Of a stretch of 64,000 bases of DNA, positions 55,135 through 64,000 are shown piece after piece. The notes under the pieces were generated by a model. The model had not been told where the DNA came from. It worked only from the letters and a program-made list of their open reading frames with translations, and searched no databases. Position 1 is the stretch's first letter; every line of letters starts with the position of its first letter. This DNA comes from a virus. Both the position numbers and the translations under genes were made by a program. The stretch covers positions 1-64,000 of IMG/VR virus record IMGVR_UViG_3300008050_000026. The stretch is one strand, 5' to 3'.

Positions 55135-56477
55135 CTTATGATTTCCTTGTTGAATTGATAGCACAGTGTTTCACATCAAGGACGTTTTCAGAAATAGTAA
55201 CATCAAATCTAAAATATGAATACCTACCCACAGAAGCCACAAAATTAGTTTTCAAAGAAATTGTTGATACACTTGAGCTTGAGGATCGAGTTTCTACGAT
55301 AGGTACCATTTCGCAAAAACATTCTGATCATGAAGAAGTAAAACAGTTCCTAAAGGAGATCAAAAAAGTAAAACTCAGCAATTCAAAGGACCAATTATTA
55401 GATACACTTGAAGATTATGTCAAGGAAAGCATGTTCGTTGAACTATATGATGAAATTGCTGAGGAGTATAATAAAGGTGACAAATCGGAAGCTATAATTA
55501 CGCTTTCACAGCGAGCAACGGATATTGCTGAATTTTCAATTAAACAAGCAACTGTAGGTAGGGTATTTAAGGATTTTGATAAAAGGAACCAGAAACGACA
55601 GAATAAGACAGAAACCAACGAAGCCAAAATACCTACAGGAATACATCCATTTGATTTCTACACATTCGGTGGTATAAAAGCAGGAACCTCATTACTTGCC
55701 TTGGGTAGATCTGGTGGAGGTAAATCAACATTCTTAAAGTGGTTAGGAATACATGCTGCAAGGTTAGGTTATAATGTTGTTCATTTTCAAGCTGAAGGTA
55801 CAGAAGATGAAGCATTCGATAACTATGATGCTGGATGGACAGGTATAAGTACAGTTGATATTGAGGAGGGGTATATTCCACCAGATAAGCTTAAGAAAAT
55901 AAAAATAGCCCACAAGGACTTATTATCACAAAAAGGTGAGATTTTCATAAAATCATCAGAGCAATTCGATGAAATGTACCTTGATGATTGTCGCGATTAT
56001 CTAATTGAATTGGAAAGGTCAGTTGGTAAAATACATTTGGTTTTGTTTGACTACCTTGAACTATTCATGTTAAAAGGTAAAAGATTTTCGCAATCTGAGT
56101 CTGGTGAAAGAAGAAGACGAGAATTGATTGCCAATAGAATTACCAATATAGCAACAGAAATGAAATGTGCTACAGCTACTGTAACACAGGCAAATGATAT
56201 TAAGACGGAAAAATACAATGATCCAGATTATGTCATGACAAGATCTGATATTGCTGAATTCAAAGGCGCTGTAAAACCTTTCAGTTATTTTCTAACATTA
56301 AATCAAACTGATGACGAATACGACTCTGGATCTATGAGGGTATTCATTGATAAGATGAGAAAGTACAAAGGTAGAAGATTATTCACAATTGCCCAATCAA
56401 TGGACAATGCAAGGTTCTACAATAGCAACAAGACACTTGATTACTTCTGGGATGAACATAAACACAAACCTAAGTGA
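55119..56477 (+). CDS. dnaB: DnaB-like replicative helicase
   Basis: IPTG..FD..GG, Walker A GRSGGGKS, FDYLEL, TVTQAN, KMR. Confidence 0.88.
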   Translation: MSDKLTYDFLVELIAQCFTSRTFSEIVTSNLKYEYLPTEATKLVFKEIVDTLELEDRVSTIGTISQKHSDHEEVKQFLKEIKKVKLSNSKDQLLDTLEDYVKESMFVELYDEIAEEYNKGDKSEAIITLSQRATDIAEFSIKQATVGRVFKDFDKRNQKRQNKTETNEAKIPTGIHPFDFYTFGGIKAGTSLLALGRSGGGKSTFLKWLGIHAARLGYNVVHFQAEGTEDEAFDNYDAGWTGISTVDIEEGYIPPDKLKKIKIAHKDLLSQKGEIFIKSSEQFDEMYLDDCRDYLIELERSVGKIHLVLFDYLELFMLKGKRFSQSESGERRRRELIANRITNIATEMKCATATVTQANDIKTEKYNDPDYVMTRSDIAEFKGAVKPFSYFLTLNQTDDEYDSGSMRVFIDKMRKYKGRRLFTIAQSMDNARFYNSNKTLDYFWDEHKHKPK

Positions 56478-57418
56478 AATTATCGAAAGATAAAATCCTT
56501 GAACTTATTAAGAAATCTCGAGTATCAAGGGATGGAAAAGATGTGTATGGGGTATGCCCATGGTGTGGGCATGATGAGTTTGGTATTTCACTTTCAGATA
56601 ATCACCAATTCAATTGCTTTAGAAAAAAGAAATGTGGTGAGACAGGTAATATATATACATTACTTAAGTTCTTAAAGGAATATTCATTTTTCAATAAGAC
56701 ATACCAACCAAAAGATACGTTAGCAAAACTTTCAGTTGAAGAAGATGAAGAATTCAGTATTGAGGTGCCTACAATCAAACTTCCAATTGGTTTTATGAGA
56801 ACCAGTAAATCAAACTATCTTGATGATAGAGGTTTCAAAGCGTATGATAAATATGGTGTAGGTAGGACAAAACTCATATACAGTTTGAAGAAATACATCA
56901 TTTTTCAGGTTTTTGAAGATGGTGAGCTTAAGGGATACCTTGGAAGATTTGAAAGCGATGAAAAAGTCAAACGAAAATATAGAAATTCAGAAGGCACTGA
57001 TTTTGCCAAACTCGTATTAGGTCTTGATGAACTAAATGAGAGCATTGAAGAAATACTAATGGTTGAGGGTGTATTTGATAAGGAAAATGTAGACGAAGAA
57101 TTGAACCTTGAAGAAAATGAAATAAGAAAATGCGTTTGTACGTTTGGGGCAAGATGTACTGATGAACAGCTTATCAAGATAATGATGAGGGCTCCTAATT
57201 TGAAAAGGATCTATGTAATGCACGAATCTGACGTTATCAATTCTGTGAAGAAAACTGGGTTGAGATGTCAGAATTATGTCAAGGATACAAAGGTTTGTCA
57301 TCTTGATGAAAAAGACCCAGGTGATATGTCTGAAAAAGAATTAGTAAATTGCCTGTCCCTTTCCAAAGATCCTTTAGCATTCAATGTTGGGACAGTTAAG
57401 AAAGGTATTTTACGTTGA
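56474..57418 (+). CDS. dnaG: DnaG-like primase
   Basis: CPWC..C....C zinc finger; TOPRIM VEGVFD; KDPGD; GTG start overlapping helicase stop. Confidence 0.85.
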   Translation: MKLSKDKILELIKKSRVSRDGKDVYGVCPWCGHDEFGISLSDNHQFNCFRKKKCGETGNIYTLLKFLKEYSFFNKTYQPKDTLAKLSVEEDEEFSIEVPTIKLPIGFMRTSKSNYLDDRGFKAYDKYGVGRTKLIYSLKKYIIFQVFEDGELKGYLGRFESDEKVKRKYRNSEGTDFAKLVLGLDELNESIEEILMVEGVFDKENVDEELNLEENEIRKCVCTFGARCTDEQLIKIMMRAPNLKRIYVMHESDVINSVKKTGLRCQNYVKDTKVCHLDEKDPGDMSEKELVNCLSLSKDPLAFNVGTVKKGILR

Positions 57419-57420
57419 TT

Positions 57421-57888
57421 ATGGGATCAAGAAAACTATCGTTATCCGAATTACTTAAAAATCTACAGTACGAATATATTTGTTGTGAAATCAGGTCGAA
57501 GACTTATGTTCATGAAAAACATCGAATATATTGGGAAAAAGTAGCAGGATATAAAAAAGAGAAGATCATCAATATTGCTGAAAAGCAAAATGCGTCTTCC
57601 ATATTTTCAGATGATAACATCAATAAGTCGTTTAAGGACATGATCTATTCAGGTTATGGACTACCTGCATTTGTGTATAAGAACGAACAGGATCGTGAAG
57701 TTCAGGAACAGTGGGATATTTTGAATTTTTTCTACAGGGGAACAGAAGTCGAATTTGTTATTGATGGAAACATAAAGAAAGGAAAAGCTATGTTTACAGA
57801 CTCTGAAAAAAGACGAGTAGAAATTAAGGAATTTGATGGTGAAAAATACAATGTGTTCTTTGAGTCCATCAAACGAGATATTTGGTAA
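57421..57888 (+). CDS. hypothetical protein
   Basis: ORF between primase and polymerase; ATG 57421. Confidence 0.6.
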   Translation: MGSRKLSLSELLKNLQYEYICCEIRSKTYVHEKHRIYWEKVAGYKKEKIINIAEKQNASSIFSDDNINKSFKDMIYSGYGLPAFVYKNEQDREVQEQWDILNFFYRGTEVEFVIDGNIKKGKAMFTDSEKRRVEIKEFDGEKYNVFFESIKRDIW

Positions 57889-57899
57889 TAAAAATTTAT

Positions 57900-57907
57900 T
57901 ATTTTTG
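57900..57907 (+). promoter_or_regulatory. Bacteroidota-type -7 promoter element
   Basis: TATTTTTG 5 nt before polymerase ATG. Confidence 0.55.
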
Positions 57908-57912
57908 GCAGC

Positions 57913-60900
57913 ATGAATGCTGATACAATCGTTGAATTACAATCTTGGCTTGAGACTAATAAGTTACAAGCAACAATTGAAAAAAACATAGTTGAATGTG
58001 CTGATAAGAAATTCCTGTTCATAGAGGATAAGGATGGTACGTTGATCAACAAGAAATTCCAACTGATAGTTACACAACCTGAGTTTAATCAAACTCCACA
58101 TGTTGACTATTATCTATTCAAGTTTGGATCATTTTTCTACTATTCAGAAATTGACAAACTCAAGCTTAATAAATTCAAGTATTTAGGTGAAGCAGATGAT
58201 GATCTTTTTGATTTCAGTTTGCCTTTCCTTGGTATTCATGGAAAATATGAGCTATGTAATGGAACAAGGCATTATGATGATTGGTGTATAAAAGCAAAAT
58301 TCTTAGGTTACAAATCATTGGCAATTTGTGAAAAGAATACATTGGCTGGAATACTTCACTTTCAAAAATCTTGTGAGGATCAGGATATTAAGCCAATTCT
58401 TGGTGCATCGTTCGATATAAATATTGGAAGTGAGAAGGTAGATACCAAATTTTATGTCAAATCCAAAGAAGGTTGGATGAGCATATTAAGGTTACTTCAT
58501 GAAGCTAACTCTGGAGATGATATGAGTATCACATTTGATGATCTCATCGAAAATTCAAAAGACTTGGTTATAGTCATACCTGCATCATGTAAGAATTACA
58601 AGAAGTTCATTGCTTTACCTGAAGATGTTTATGTTCAGTTTGATACTACAGAATTCAATTCAAATGAAACCGATACGAAAAGGTTAAATGATCTGAAGAC
58701 AGTTTACAACTCAAATCTCAATCCTGTATTAGTAAGTGACGCATTTTATCTCGACAAAGAAGATCATGTAATAAAGGATGTGATAAATACAGTTGGAAAA
58801 GTCAATTTCCAATTTAGTTCATCTGATCAGTATTTCAAAAGTAAGCAGGAATTGGTTGAAAAAGCTGAAGGTTTGTTTGCTGACGATGATAAAGCTGTTG
58901 AATTTGTAAAGAAACTCATAAAGAATACAAGGGAAATTGATGAATTGTGTGATTATACATTGCATGAGAAGAAAAGTCATTTGCCTGAGTATGAAATGAA
59001 TGAAGATGAAGTTGATCTGGCTGATACGAATATAGATCTTTTCTACCATTATATAGAATTGGGATTTGCAGAAAAAATTGCAGGTAAGGACAACGAGAAG
59101 GAATACAAGGAAAGGTTAGATTATGAAATAAGTGTTCTTATTGAAGGAAATGTCATCGATTATTTTCTGATCCTATTTGATATTGTAAACTGGTGTAAGA
59201 AAAACAACATCCTCCCGGGAATAGGTAGAGGATCAGCTGCAGGCTCACTTGTATCATATCTAATGGGGATCACTGGTTTGGATCCTTTGGAACATGGATT
59301 ACTATTTGAAAGATTTTTGAATAAAGCAAGGATGCTTACTGGAGCATTACCTGATATTGATCAGGATGTTCCTTCAGCTCACAGGCAGGACATAATTGAA
59401 TATGTCAAAACAAAATATGGTAAGGATCAAGTTGCATGTATAGGTACTTCACAGAATTTCAAGTTGAAGTCACTTCTAAAGGACATGCTTAAGCTCAAGA
59501 ATGTTGATTTCAAGGAGCAAAATTTCATTACGTCGATGCTAACAAAGGAATATGACTTTGCAGATGTAGGTGGGTTATTCGAATTGGCTACCAAGGAACC
59601 TAAGATCCTTGAGGTGATAAATGATCATTGGGAAAATATCGAAATGATGGATTTATGCATGTTCCAACCAAGATCATTTGGTATTCACGCAGCTGCAATC
59701 ATCGTTGTACCAAAACATAATGAGGGTAGAAGAACGTATGTTTGGGATTATACCCCTGTTCGAATGCATAATGGACAATGGGTTACAGAATGGGAAAAGG
59801 ACCATATTGAACAAGTAGGACTATTAAAAGAAGACATCCTTGGATTACTTCAACTTGATAAGCTCATGAGAATGGTGATGCTTATAAAGGAAAATAAGAA
59901 TATCGAGATTGATGTCCTTAAAATACCTGTTGACGATCCAGAAGTGTATGAGTTATTTGCTAAGGGGATAAATCAAGACATTTTTCAATTTGGTTCACCT
60001 GGGCAAAAGGTATATACGACTGAATTGAAACCCGATAATATCAGTGACCTCATAGCAACTGTAGCTTTATATCGCCCAGGAGCCATGGAGAACAATTCAC
60101 ATAATAAATATGTGAAGATGAAGAATGGTGAACTTGAACCAGTTTTACCTAAGAACCTTGAAGAATTTTCGGAGGAGACATTTGGTTTGTATATCTATCA
60201 GGAACAAGCAATGCTTTCATATCAGAAGATCACAGCCTGTGAACTTGAAGAAGCTGATAAATTCAGAAAGGCACTTACAAAACTCAAGCCTGGGTTTAGA
60301 AATCCTGAAATAGAAATCTACGAGAAGATATTCAAGGACAAGTATTTTGCAATGATACATGATAAAGATCATGTTCAATATGTTTGGGACCTCATTGTTG
60401 GTTTCAGTAGTTATGGTTTCAATAAATCACACGCTGCAGCATACGCAATAACTGGATATTATGCTCAGTGGTTCAAAGCCCATTATCCTCTTGAGTTCTA
60501 TGTTACAGCTTTGGAATTTGCTGACGATAAAACAATATCCGATGTGATACATGAGATCCAACATAATAGTAAAACTGAATTGAAACAACCAGACATCAAC
60601 AAATCAGCTACGCATTTCACTTATGATGATGAACTCAATGAAATATATTGGTCATTCAATTCAATAAAATATGTTACTGAAAGATCAATCGATGTCATAG
60701 TTGAAGAAAGGAATAAATCTGGTGCATTTTTTACGTTTGAGGAGTTTCTATCAAGAGTTAAGATCAACAAACAAGCTGTTGAAAATCTAATCCTTGCTGG
60801 TGCGTTTGATACAATTGAAAAACATGTTGATGCATACGATAGATTTTCGTTACTTCAAAGATACTATACAGCTATCAAAAGGTTAGACTCGCTTGAAAAA

Positions 60901-61311
60901 ATACCTGAGGAGTTCAGGATGAAAAATTGGTGGTGGCAATTACAATCAAAGAACAATTGTGGTTATGGGTTCATTGATTACAGGGGTATTTTCATGAGAA
61001 AGGCTAATACGACAACTTATCATCATCCTGATCAATTTCAAAAAGAAGATGCAGAAGGGTATTACATAACTGGAGGTATTGTAACCAATATCATCAAAAG
61101 AAATTCGAAGAAAGGACCTTTTGTCCAACTTAATATAGATCACAATAATATCGAGATCATTTTTACTGTATGGAACGATGCCTATAGTAAAATAAGAAAG
61201 GATCTTGCTGAGAACAGATTGATCGTTTTCAAAGCTGATTTATCTTGGGATGGATACAAAAAGAAAAACACTTTCAAAAGTGGCAAAAAAACATTCATAC
61301 ATTTTGTATGA
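57913..61311 (+). CDS. dnaE: DNA polymerase III alpha subunit (family C)
   Basis: GRGSAAGSLV, LLFERFLN, PDIDQD, GLLKEDILGL, ALYRPG, YQEQ, YGFNKSHAAAY, C-terminal OB-like region. Confidence 0.95.
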   Translation: MNADTIVELQSWLETNKLQATIEKNIVECADKKFLFIEDKDGTLINKKFQLIVTQPEFNQTPHVDYYLFKFGSFFYYSEIDKLKLNKFKYLGEADDDLFDFSLPFLGIHGKYELCNGTRHYDDWCIKAKFLGYKSLAICEKNTLAGILHFQKSCEDQDIKPILGASFDINIGSEKVDTKFYVKSKEGWMSILRLLHEANSGDDMSITFDDLIENSKDLVIVIPASCKNYKKFIALPEDVYVQFDTTEFNSNETDTKRLNDLKTVYNSNLNPVLVSDAFYLDKEDHVIKDVINTVGKVNFQFSSSDQYFKSKQELVEKAEGLFADDDKAVEFVKKLIKNTREIDELCDYTLHEKKSHLPEYEMNEDEVDLADTNIDLFYHYIELGFAEKIAGKDNEKEYKERLDYEISVLIEGNVIDYFLILFDIVNWCKKNNILPGIGRGSAAGSLVSYLMGITGLDPLEHGLLFERFLNKARMLTGALPDIDQDVPSAHRQDIIEYVKTKYGKDQVACIGTSQNFKLKSLLKDMLKLKNVDFKEQNFITSMLTKEYDFADVGGLFELATKEPKILEVINDHWENIEMMDLCMFQPRSFGIHAAAIIVVPKHNEGRRTYVWDYTPVRMHNGQWVTEWEKDHIEQVGLLKEDILGLLQLDKLMRMVMLIKENKNIEIDVLKIPVDDPEVYELFAKGINQDIFQFGSPGQKVYTTELKPDNISDLIATVALYRPGAMENNSHNKYVKMKNGELEPVLPKNLEEFSEETFGLYIYQEQAMLSYQKITACELEEADKFRKALTKLKPGFRNPEIEIYEKIFKDKYFAMIHDKDHVQYVWDLIVGFSSYGFNKSHAAAYAITGYYAQWFKAHYPLEFYVTALEFADDKTISDVIHEIQHNSKTELKQPDINKSATHFTYDDELNEIYWSFNSIKYVTERSIDVIVEERNKSGAFFTFEEFLSRVKINKQAVENLILAGAFDTIEKHVDAYDRFSLLQRYYTAIKRLDSLEKIPEEFRMKNWWWQLQSKNNCGYGFIDYRGIFMRKANTTTYHHPDQFQKEDAEGYYITGGIVTNIIKRNSKKGPFVQLNIDHNNIEIIFTVWNDAYSKIRKDLAENRLIVFKADLSWDGYKKKNTFKSGKKTFIHFV

Positions 61312-61327
61312 TGTAATAAAATATTAT

Positions 61328-61335
61328 TATTTTTG
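61328..61335 (+). promoter_or_regulatory. Bacteroidota-type -7 promoter element
   Basis: TATTTTTG 5 nt before ATG 61341. Confidence 0.55.
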
Positions 61336-61340
61336 AAGCA

Positions 61341-62273
61341 ATGAAAGACGATCTCATCTTAGGTGCTGGTACAGCTGGTATAATTACTTCACTTTTCACA
61401 AAAGCAAAAATGATAGATCCTAAGCCACTTGGTGAGCTGGGGTTACCTTTTTCACCTGGGATAAGGATCTTCAAATGGGAACTTGAAGTTGTACAATTTA
61501 TTTCATACTGGCTTCCTAAGTGGTATCCAGAATTTAGCATCAAAAGGGAAACTTTGAAAATAGGCTATAAAACTGATGATGGGGTTTTTAATTGTGCCAC
61601 TGAAAAATTCAAGGAAACATATTCCTTAATAACAAGAGGAAAACAAGAATATGAACCAAGTTTTTTATCGTCTGGTCAAAATAGTATTTCATACGTATCA
61701 ATCAATGGTTTAGGATACGAAGGTTCTTATGAATTCTTTTTCAAATCAGCACTTGAGTACTTGAAAACAAAAGGTAAGTTAATTGAAGAAAAAGTAACAT
61801 TTGTTGATATAGGATCAAAAACAGTAAGGTGTGGTGATAAAAAATACAACTATAAGCATTTGTATTCCTGTATCAAAAGACCAATTCTTGAAAGACTTAT
61901 GGATAAGATTTCAGGTGAAGATTTTTCAACAACTAAGAAATCATTTTACAGAACTATCAAAATGATAGATGGTGGTATCATGGGTTATGCTTACATCTAC
62001 AGTATAACAGATGAATGGACAAGAAAAACTGAGTTTGGTCGTTACTATGTTTATGAAACAACTAAGCCAATTTTAAGTGATCATTTTGAACATGACAATG
62101 AAATAACTGATACATTTGAGGATATTCCTTTGCAAATACAGAAATCACTATCACAAACAAACTACTATGGTGTAGAACTTGTTGGTAGGTATGCAGAATG
62201 GAACCATGCAATAAAAGCAAACGAAATAATTCAAAGGTTTGCGCAACGATTAAAATTCAAAGTAAATGGGTGA
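61341..62273 (+). CDS. FAD-dependent oxidoreductase/mutase-like protein
   Basis: ILGAGTAG dinucleotide-binding motif; C-terminal VGRYAEW. Confidence 0.75.
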   Translation: MKDDLILGAGTAGIITSLFTKAKMIDPKPLGELGLPFSPGIRIFKWELEVVQFISYWLPKWYPEFSIKRETLKIGYKTDDGVFNCATEKFKETYSLITRGKQEYEPSFLSSGQNSISYVSINGLGYEGSYEFFFKSALEYLKTKGKLIEEKVTFVDIGSKTVRCGDKKYNYKHLYSCIKRPILERLMDKISGEDFSTTKKSFYRTIKMIDGGIMGYAYIYSITDEWTRKTEFGRYYVYETTKPILSDHFEHDNEITDTFEDIPLQIQKSLSQTNYYGVELVGRYAEWNHAIKANEIIQRFAQRLKFKVNG

Positions 62274-63219
62274 TAGATTAAGTGAGATATTTCGTATTCA
62301 AATCGAGTTCAGTAAAACTTGGCTTAAGAATGAAAAGAACATTGACATTTTTGATATGTCAAGGAACGACAGGATAAAATGGAGCAAGGAATACATATTA
62401 GCAGCAGTAAATGAACTATGTGAAGCCTTAAATGAGTTGAAGTGGAAAACTCATCGCGAATTTGAAAAACAAGACAACATAGATAATTTTAACGAGGAAT
62501 GTATTGATGTTTTTAAGTTCCTTATGAACCTCCTTCTAATAAATGGTATCAAGGAGGATGATTTCTATCAAAAGTTCATTGATAAAAGTGAAATCGTCCA
62601 ATTGAGGTATGAGCAGGAAAAAGCAATGACTTTGTTGAAGTTGGACCCAAACGCAAGAATTGCCATTGTTGACATTGATGGATGCTTGAATAACTACCCG
62701 TATCACTTTCTTGAATTTACAGAAGCTGCCACAGGATTGGATTACAAAACTGTTCCAGACTTCAAAGAAGCTGACATAGTAAATTACAATAAAGCAAAGG
62801 CCTCATATAGATTATCAGGAGGAGAACGAGGAAACGTACCTAATGAAGAAACATTCAAATTCCTACATGATCTAAAGGCACATGGTTACACGGTTGTTCT
62901 TTTATCATCAAGGCCTTATGAAAAGATCAAAAGGCTATATTCGGATACTGTTCATTGGTTGAATAGTTACAAGTTTCCTTATGATTATCTGGTATTCAAT
63001 AAAAATAAGGACACCTACATAATAGACAACCTAAAAGATTGTAATGTAGAATTTTGTGTAGATGATGATTTCAACAATGCTCAGAACCTTTCTTATCATT
63101 TTCCAACTTATTTGATGGTTAACAAGGGCCTCTACTCGTTGGAAGCCTATCTACATGCACCAAAGAAAGTAAAGGTTATAGACTCACTATTAAAAATTGA
63201 ACTTACAGGTATGAAATAA
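62266..63219 (+). CDS. MazG/dimeric dUTPase-like NTP pyrophosphatase fused to HAD phosphatase
   Basis: ELCEALNELKWK..EECIDVFKF; IVDIDGCL, LSSR, K, VDDD. Confidence 0.8.
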   Translation: MGDRLSEIFRIQIEFSKTWLKNEKNIDIFDMSRNDRIKWSKEYILAAVNELCEALNELKWKTHREFEKQDNIDNFNEECIDVFKFLMNLLLINGIKEDDFYQKFIDKSEIVQLRYEQEKAMTLLKLDPNARIAIVDIDGCLNNYPYHFLEFTEAATGLDYKTVPDFKEADIVNYNKAKASYRLSGGERGNVPNEETFKFLHDLKAHGYTVVLLSSRPYEKIKRLYSDTVHWLNSYKFPYDYLVFNKNKDTYIIDNLKDCNVEFCVDDDFNNAQNLSYHFPTYLMVNKGLYSLEAYLHAPKKVKVIDSLLKIELTGMK

Positions 63220-63240
63220 TAAATTATTATTTTTACATAC

Positions 63241-63570
63241 ATGAAAGAAACAAAAACATATTGCTTTTATCAAGAAGGTGCTGCAGAAGTTGAATTGGAC
63301 TTTTGGGAAAGCATGCAAAAACAGTTTTTGAAAACAGAAGTTGAGTTCAAAGGAAAAAAGTTAAGAATTTATGCTTTGGATAAAACACCAAGGAAACAAG
63401 AAATAGAACACATGATCTGTATTCCAGATACTATTGGCATCAATGCAGAACTTCACAATTTCTTGAATAACATCAGGCCAGCAGAATACAAGAAGACATT
63501 ATATTTTGGAAAGATAACTTCTGAATATGCACAAATACTTAGTAACTTTATAAAGGCTTGTAAAAAATGA
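63241..63570 (+). CDS. hypothetical protein
   Basis: 109 aa after AT-rich TATTTTTA element. Confidence 0.6.
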   Translation: MKETKTYCFYQEGAAEVELDFWESMQKQFLKTEVEFKGKKLRIYALDKTPRKQEIEHMICIPDTIGINAELHNFLNNIRPAEYKKTLYFGKITSEYAQILSNFIKACKK

Positions 63571-64000
63571 GTGATGTAGTTCAAATCATACACATTGATG
63601 GACCAGACAAATCTGGCAAAGATGCTATCAAGCGTGAGATAATAAAAAGAACAGGTGGGGCTGTAATGGTAATTGCCAGATCGTTCCTTTCACAAACTGT
63701 TTATGCAAGTATCTATGGTCGAGATATAAATTCTGAAGGATATTGGTTAAAAGCAAAGCAAGCTTTTCAAAGAGGTGAAACACTCATATATCTTCGTCCA
63801 GAAAAGAACTTAGGTGAAATTGAAAGGAGGTTCAAGGAACATGATGAAAAAGACATGGACTTTGAAAATTATACCTTACATAGAACTTGGTTTGATAGAA
63901 CAGTATCGTTATTGGGACACCAAGGATGTAGATATTTACAAATAGATACAACAGCACATGATATTAGTAAATGTGTTGACATTATCTTACACAAGGCACT
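63567..64000 (+). CDS. dNMP/thymidylate kinase-like protein (3' truncated)
   Basis: Manual translation MSDVVQIIHIDGPDKSGKD..ARSFLSQTVYASIY; P-loop and R-S..S..VY motif; absent from ORF track. Confidence 0.75.
   Translation, partial: MSDVVQIIHIDGPDKSGKDAIKREIIKRTGGAVMVIARSFLSQTVYASIYGRDINSEGYWLKAKQAFQRGETLIYLRPEKNLGEIERRFKEHDEKDMDFENYTLHRTWFDRTVSLLGHQGCRYLQIDTTAHDISKCVDIILHKA

Noticed and set aside
55119-61311. Inteins or introns in helicase, primase or DnaE
   Set aside because: Lengths are ordinary, motifs are contiguous, and no splice-junction or homing-endonuclease motifs were seen.
341-61543. Minus-strand ORFs and short alternative-frame + strand ORFs in the track
   Set aside because: Nearly all lie within longer motif-bearing + strand genes and read as antisense or frame shadows.
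1-64000. Stop-codon reassignment as seen in some Bacteroidota phages
   Set aside because: Core genes are full length in the standard code, and TAA, TAG and TGA all end genes at coupled junctions.
54490-64000. Bacterial chromosome or prophage boundary at the dnaB-dnaG-dnaE genes
   Set aside because: Same strand, promoter motif, gene coupling and composition as the virion genes; compact phage-type versions; no integrase or att site seen.

Overview
A 64-kb, AT-rich segment of a large myovirus genome, coding almost entirely on the + strand with many TAATG/ATGA stop-start overlaps and the standard genetic code. Order: portal, holin and spanin-like genes, MuF/SPP1-gp7 head protein, glycosyltransferase/FkbM/Stealth-like genes, a ~14-kb block of unusual modular proteins (13.6-27.8 kb), prohead protease-scaffold, major capsid, neck, tail sheath/tube, tape measure, baseplate and fibres, an M15 endolysin, DnaB, DnaG, DnaE (Pol III alpha), and the start of a nucleotide-remodelling cluster. 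The structural module resembles that of SPO1/K-type (Herelleviridae-like) phages, but TAnnTTTG motifs in most intergenic gaps point to a Bacteroidota host. The strongest candidate for an undescribed system is the 13.6-27.8 kb block. Eight proteins with unrelated cargo (RelA/SpoT synthetase, Nudix, Cys-His-Asp transglutaminase/papain-like, zincin, ParB-like, AAA+ ATPase, unknown domains) share one grammar: a helical leader, a hydrophobic-x-K|[AGS] site matching the predicted capsid/scaffold maturation site, and one of a few conserved basic 'header' peptides. I infer a modular capsid-packaging and injection system that includes protease-released polyproteins. Other candidates are virion glycosylation on Ser-x-Ser tracts, a structured ~100-nt ncRNA, and apparent GAWTC avoidance. 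All calls come from manual motif reading; no database searches or counts were run.
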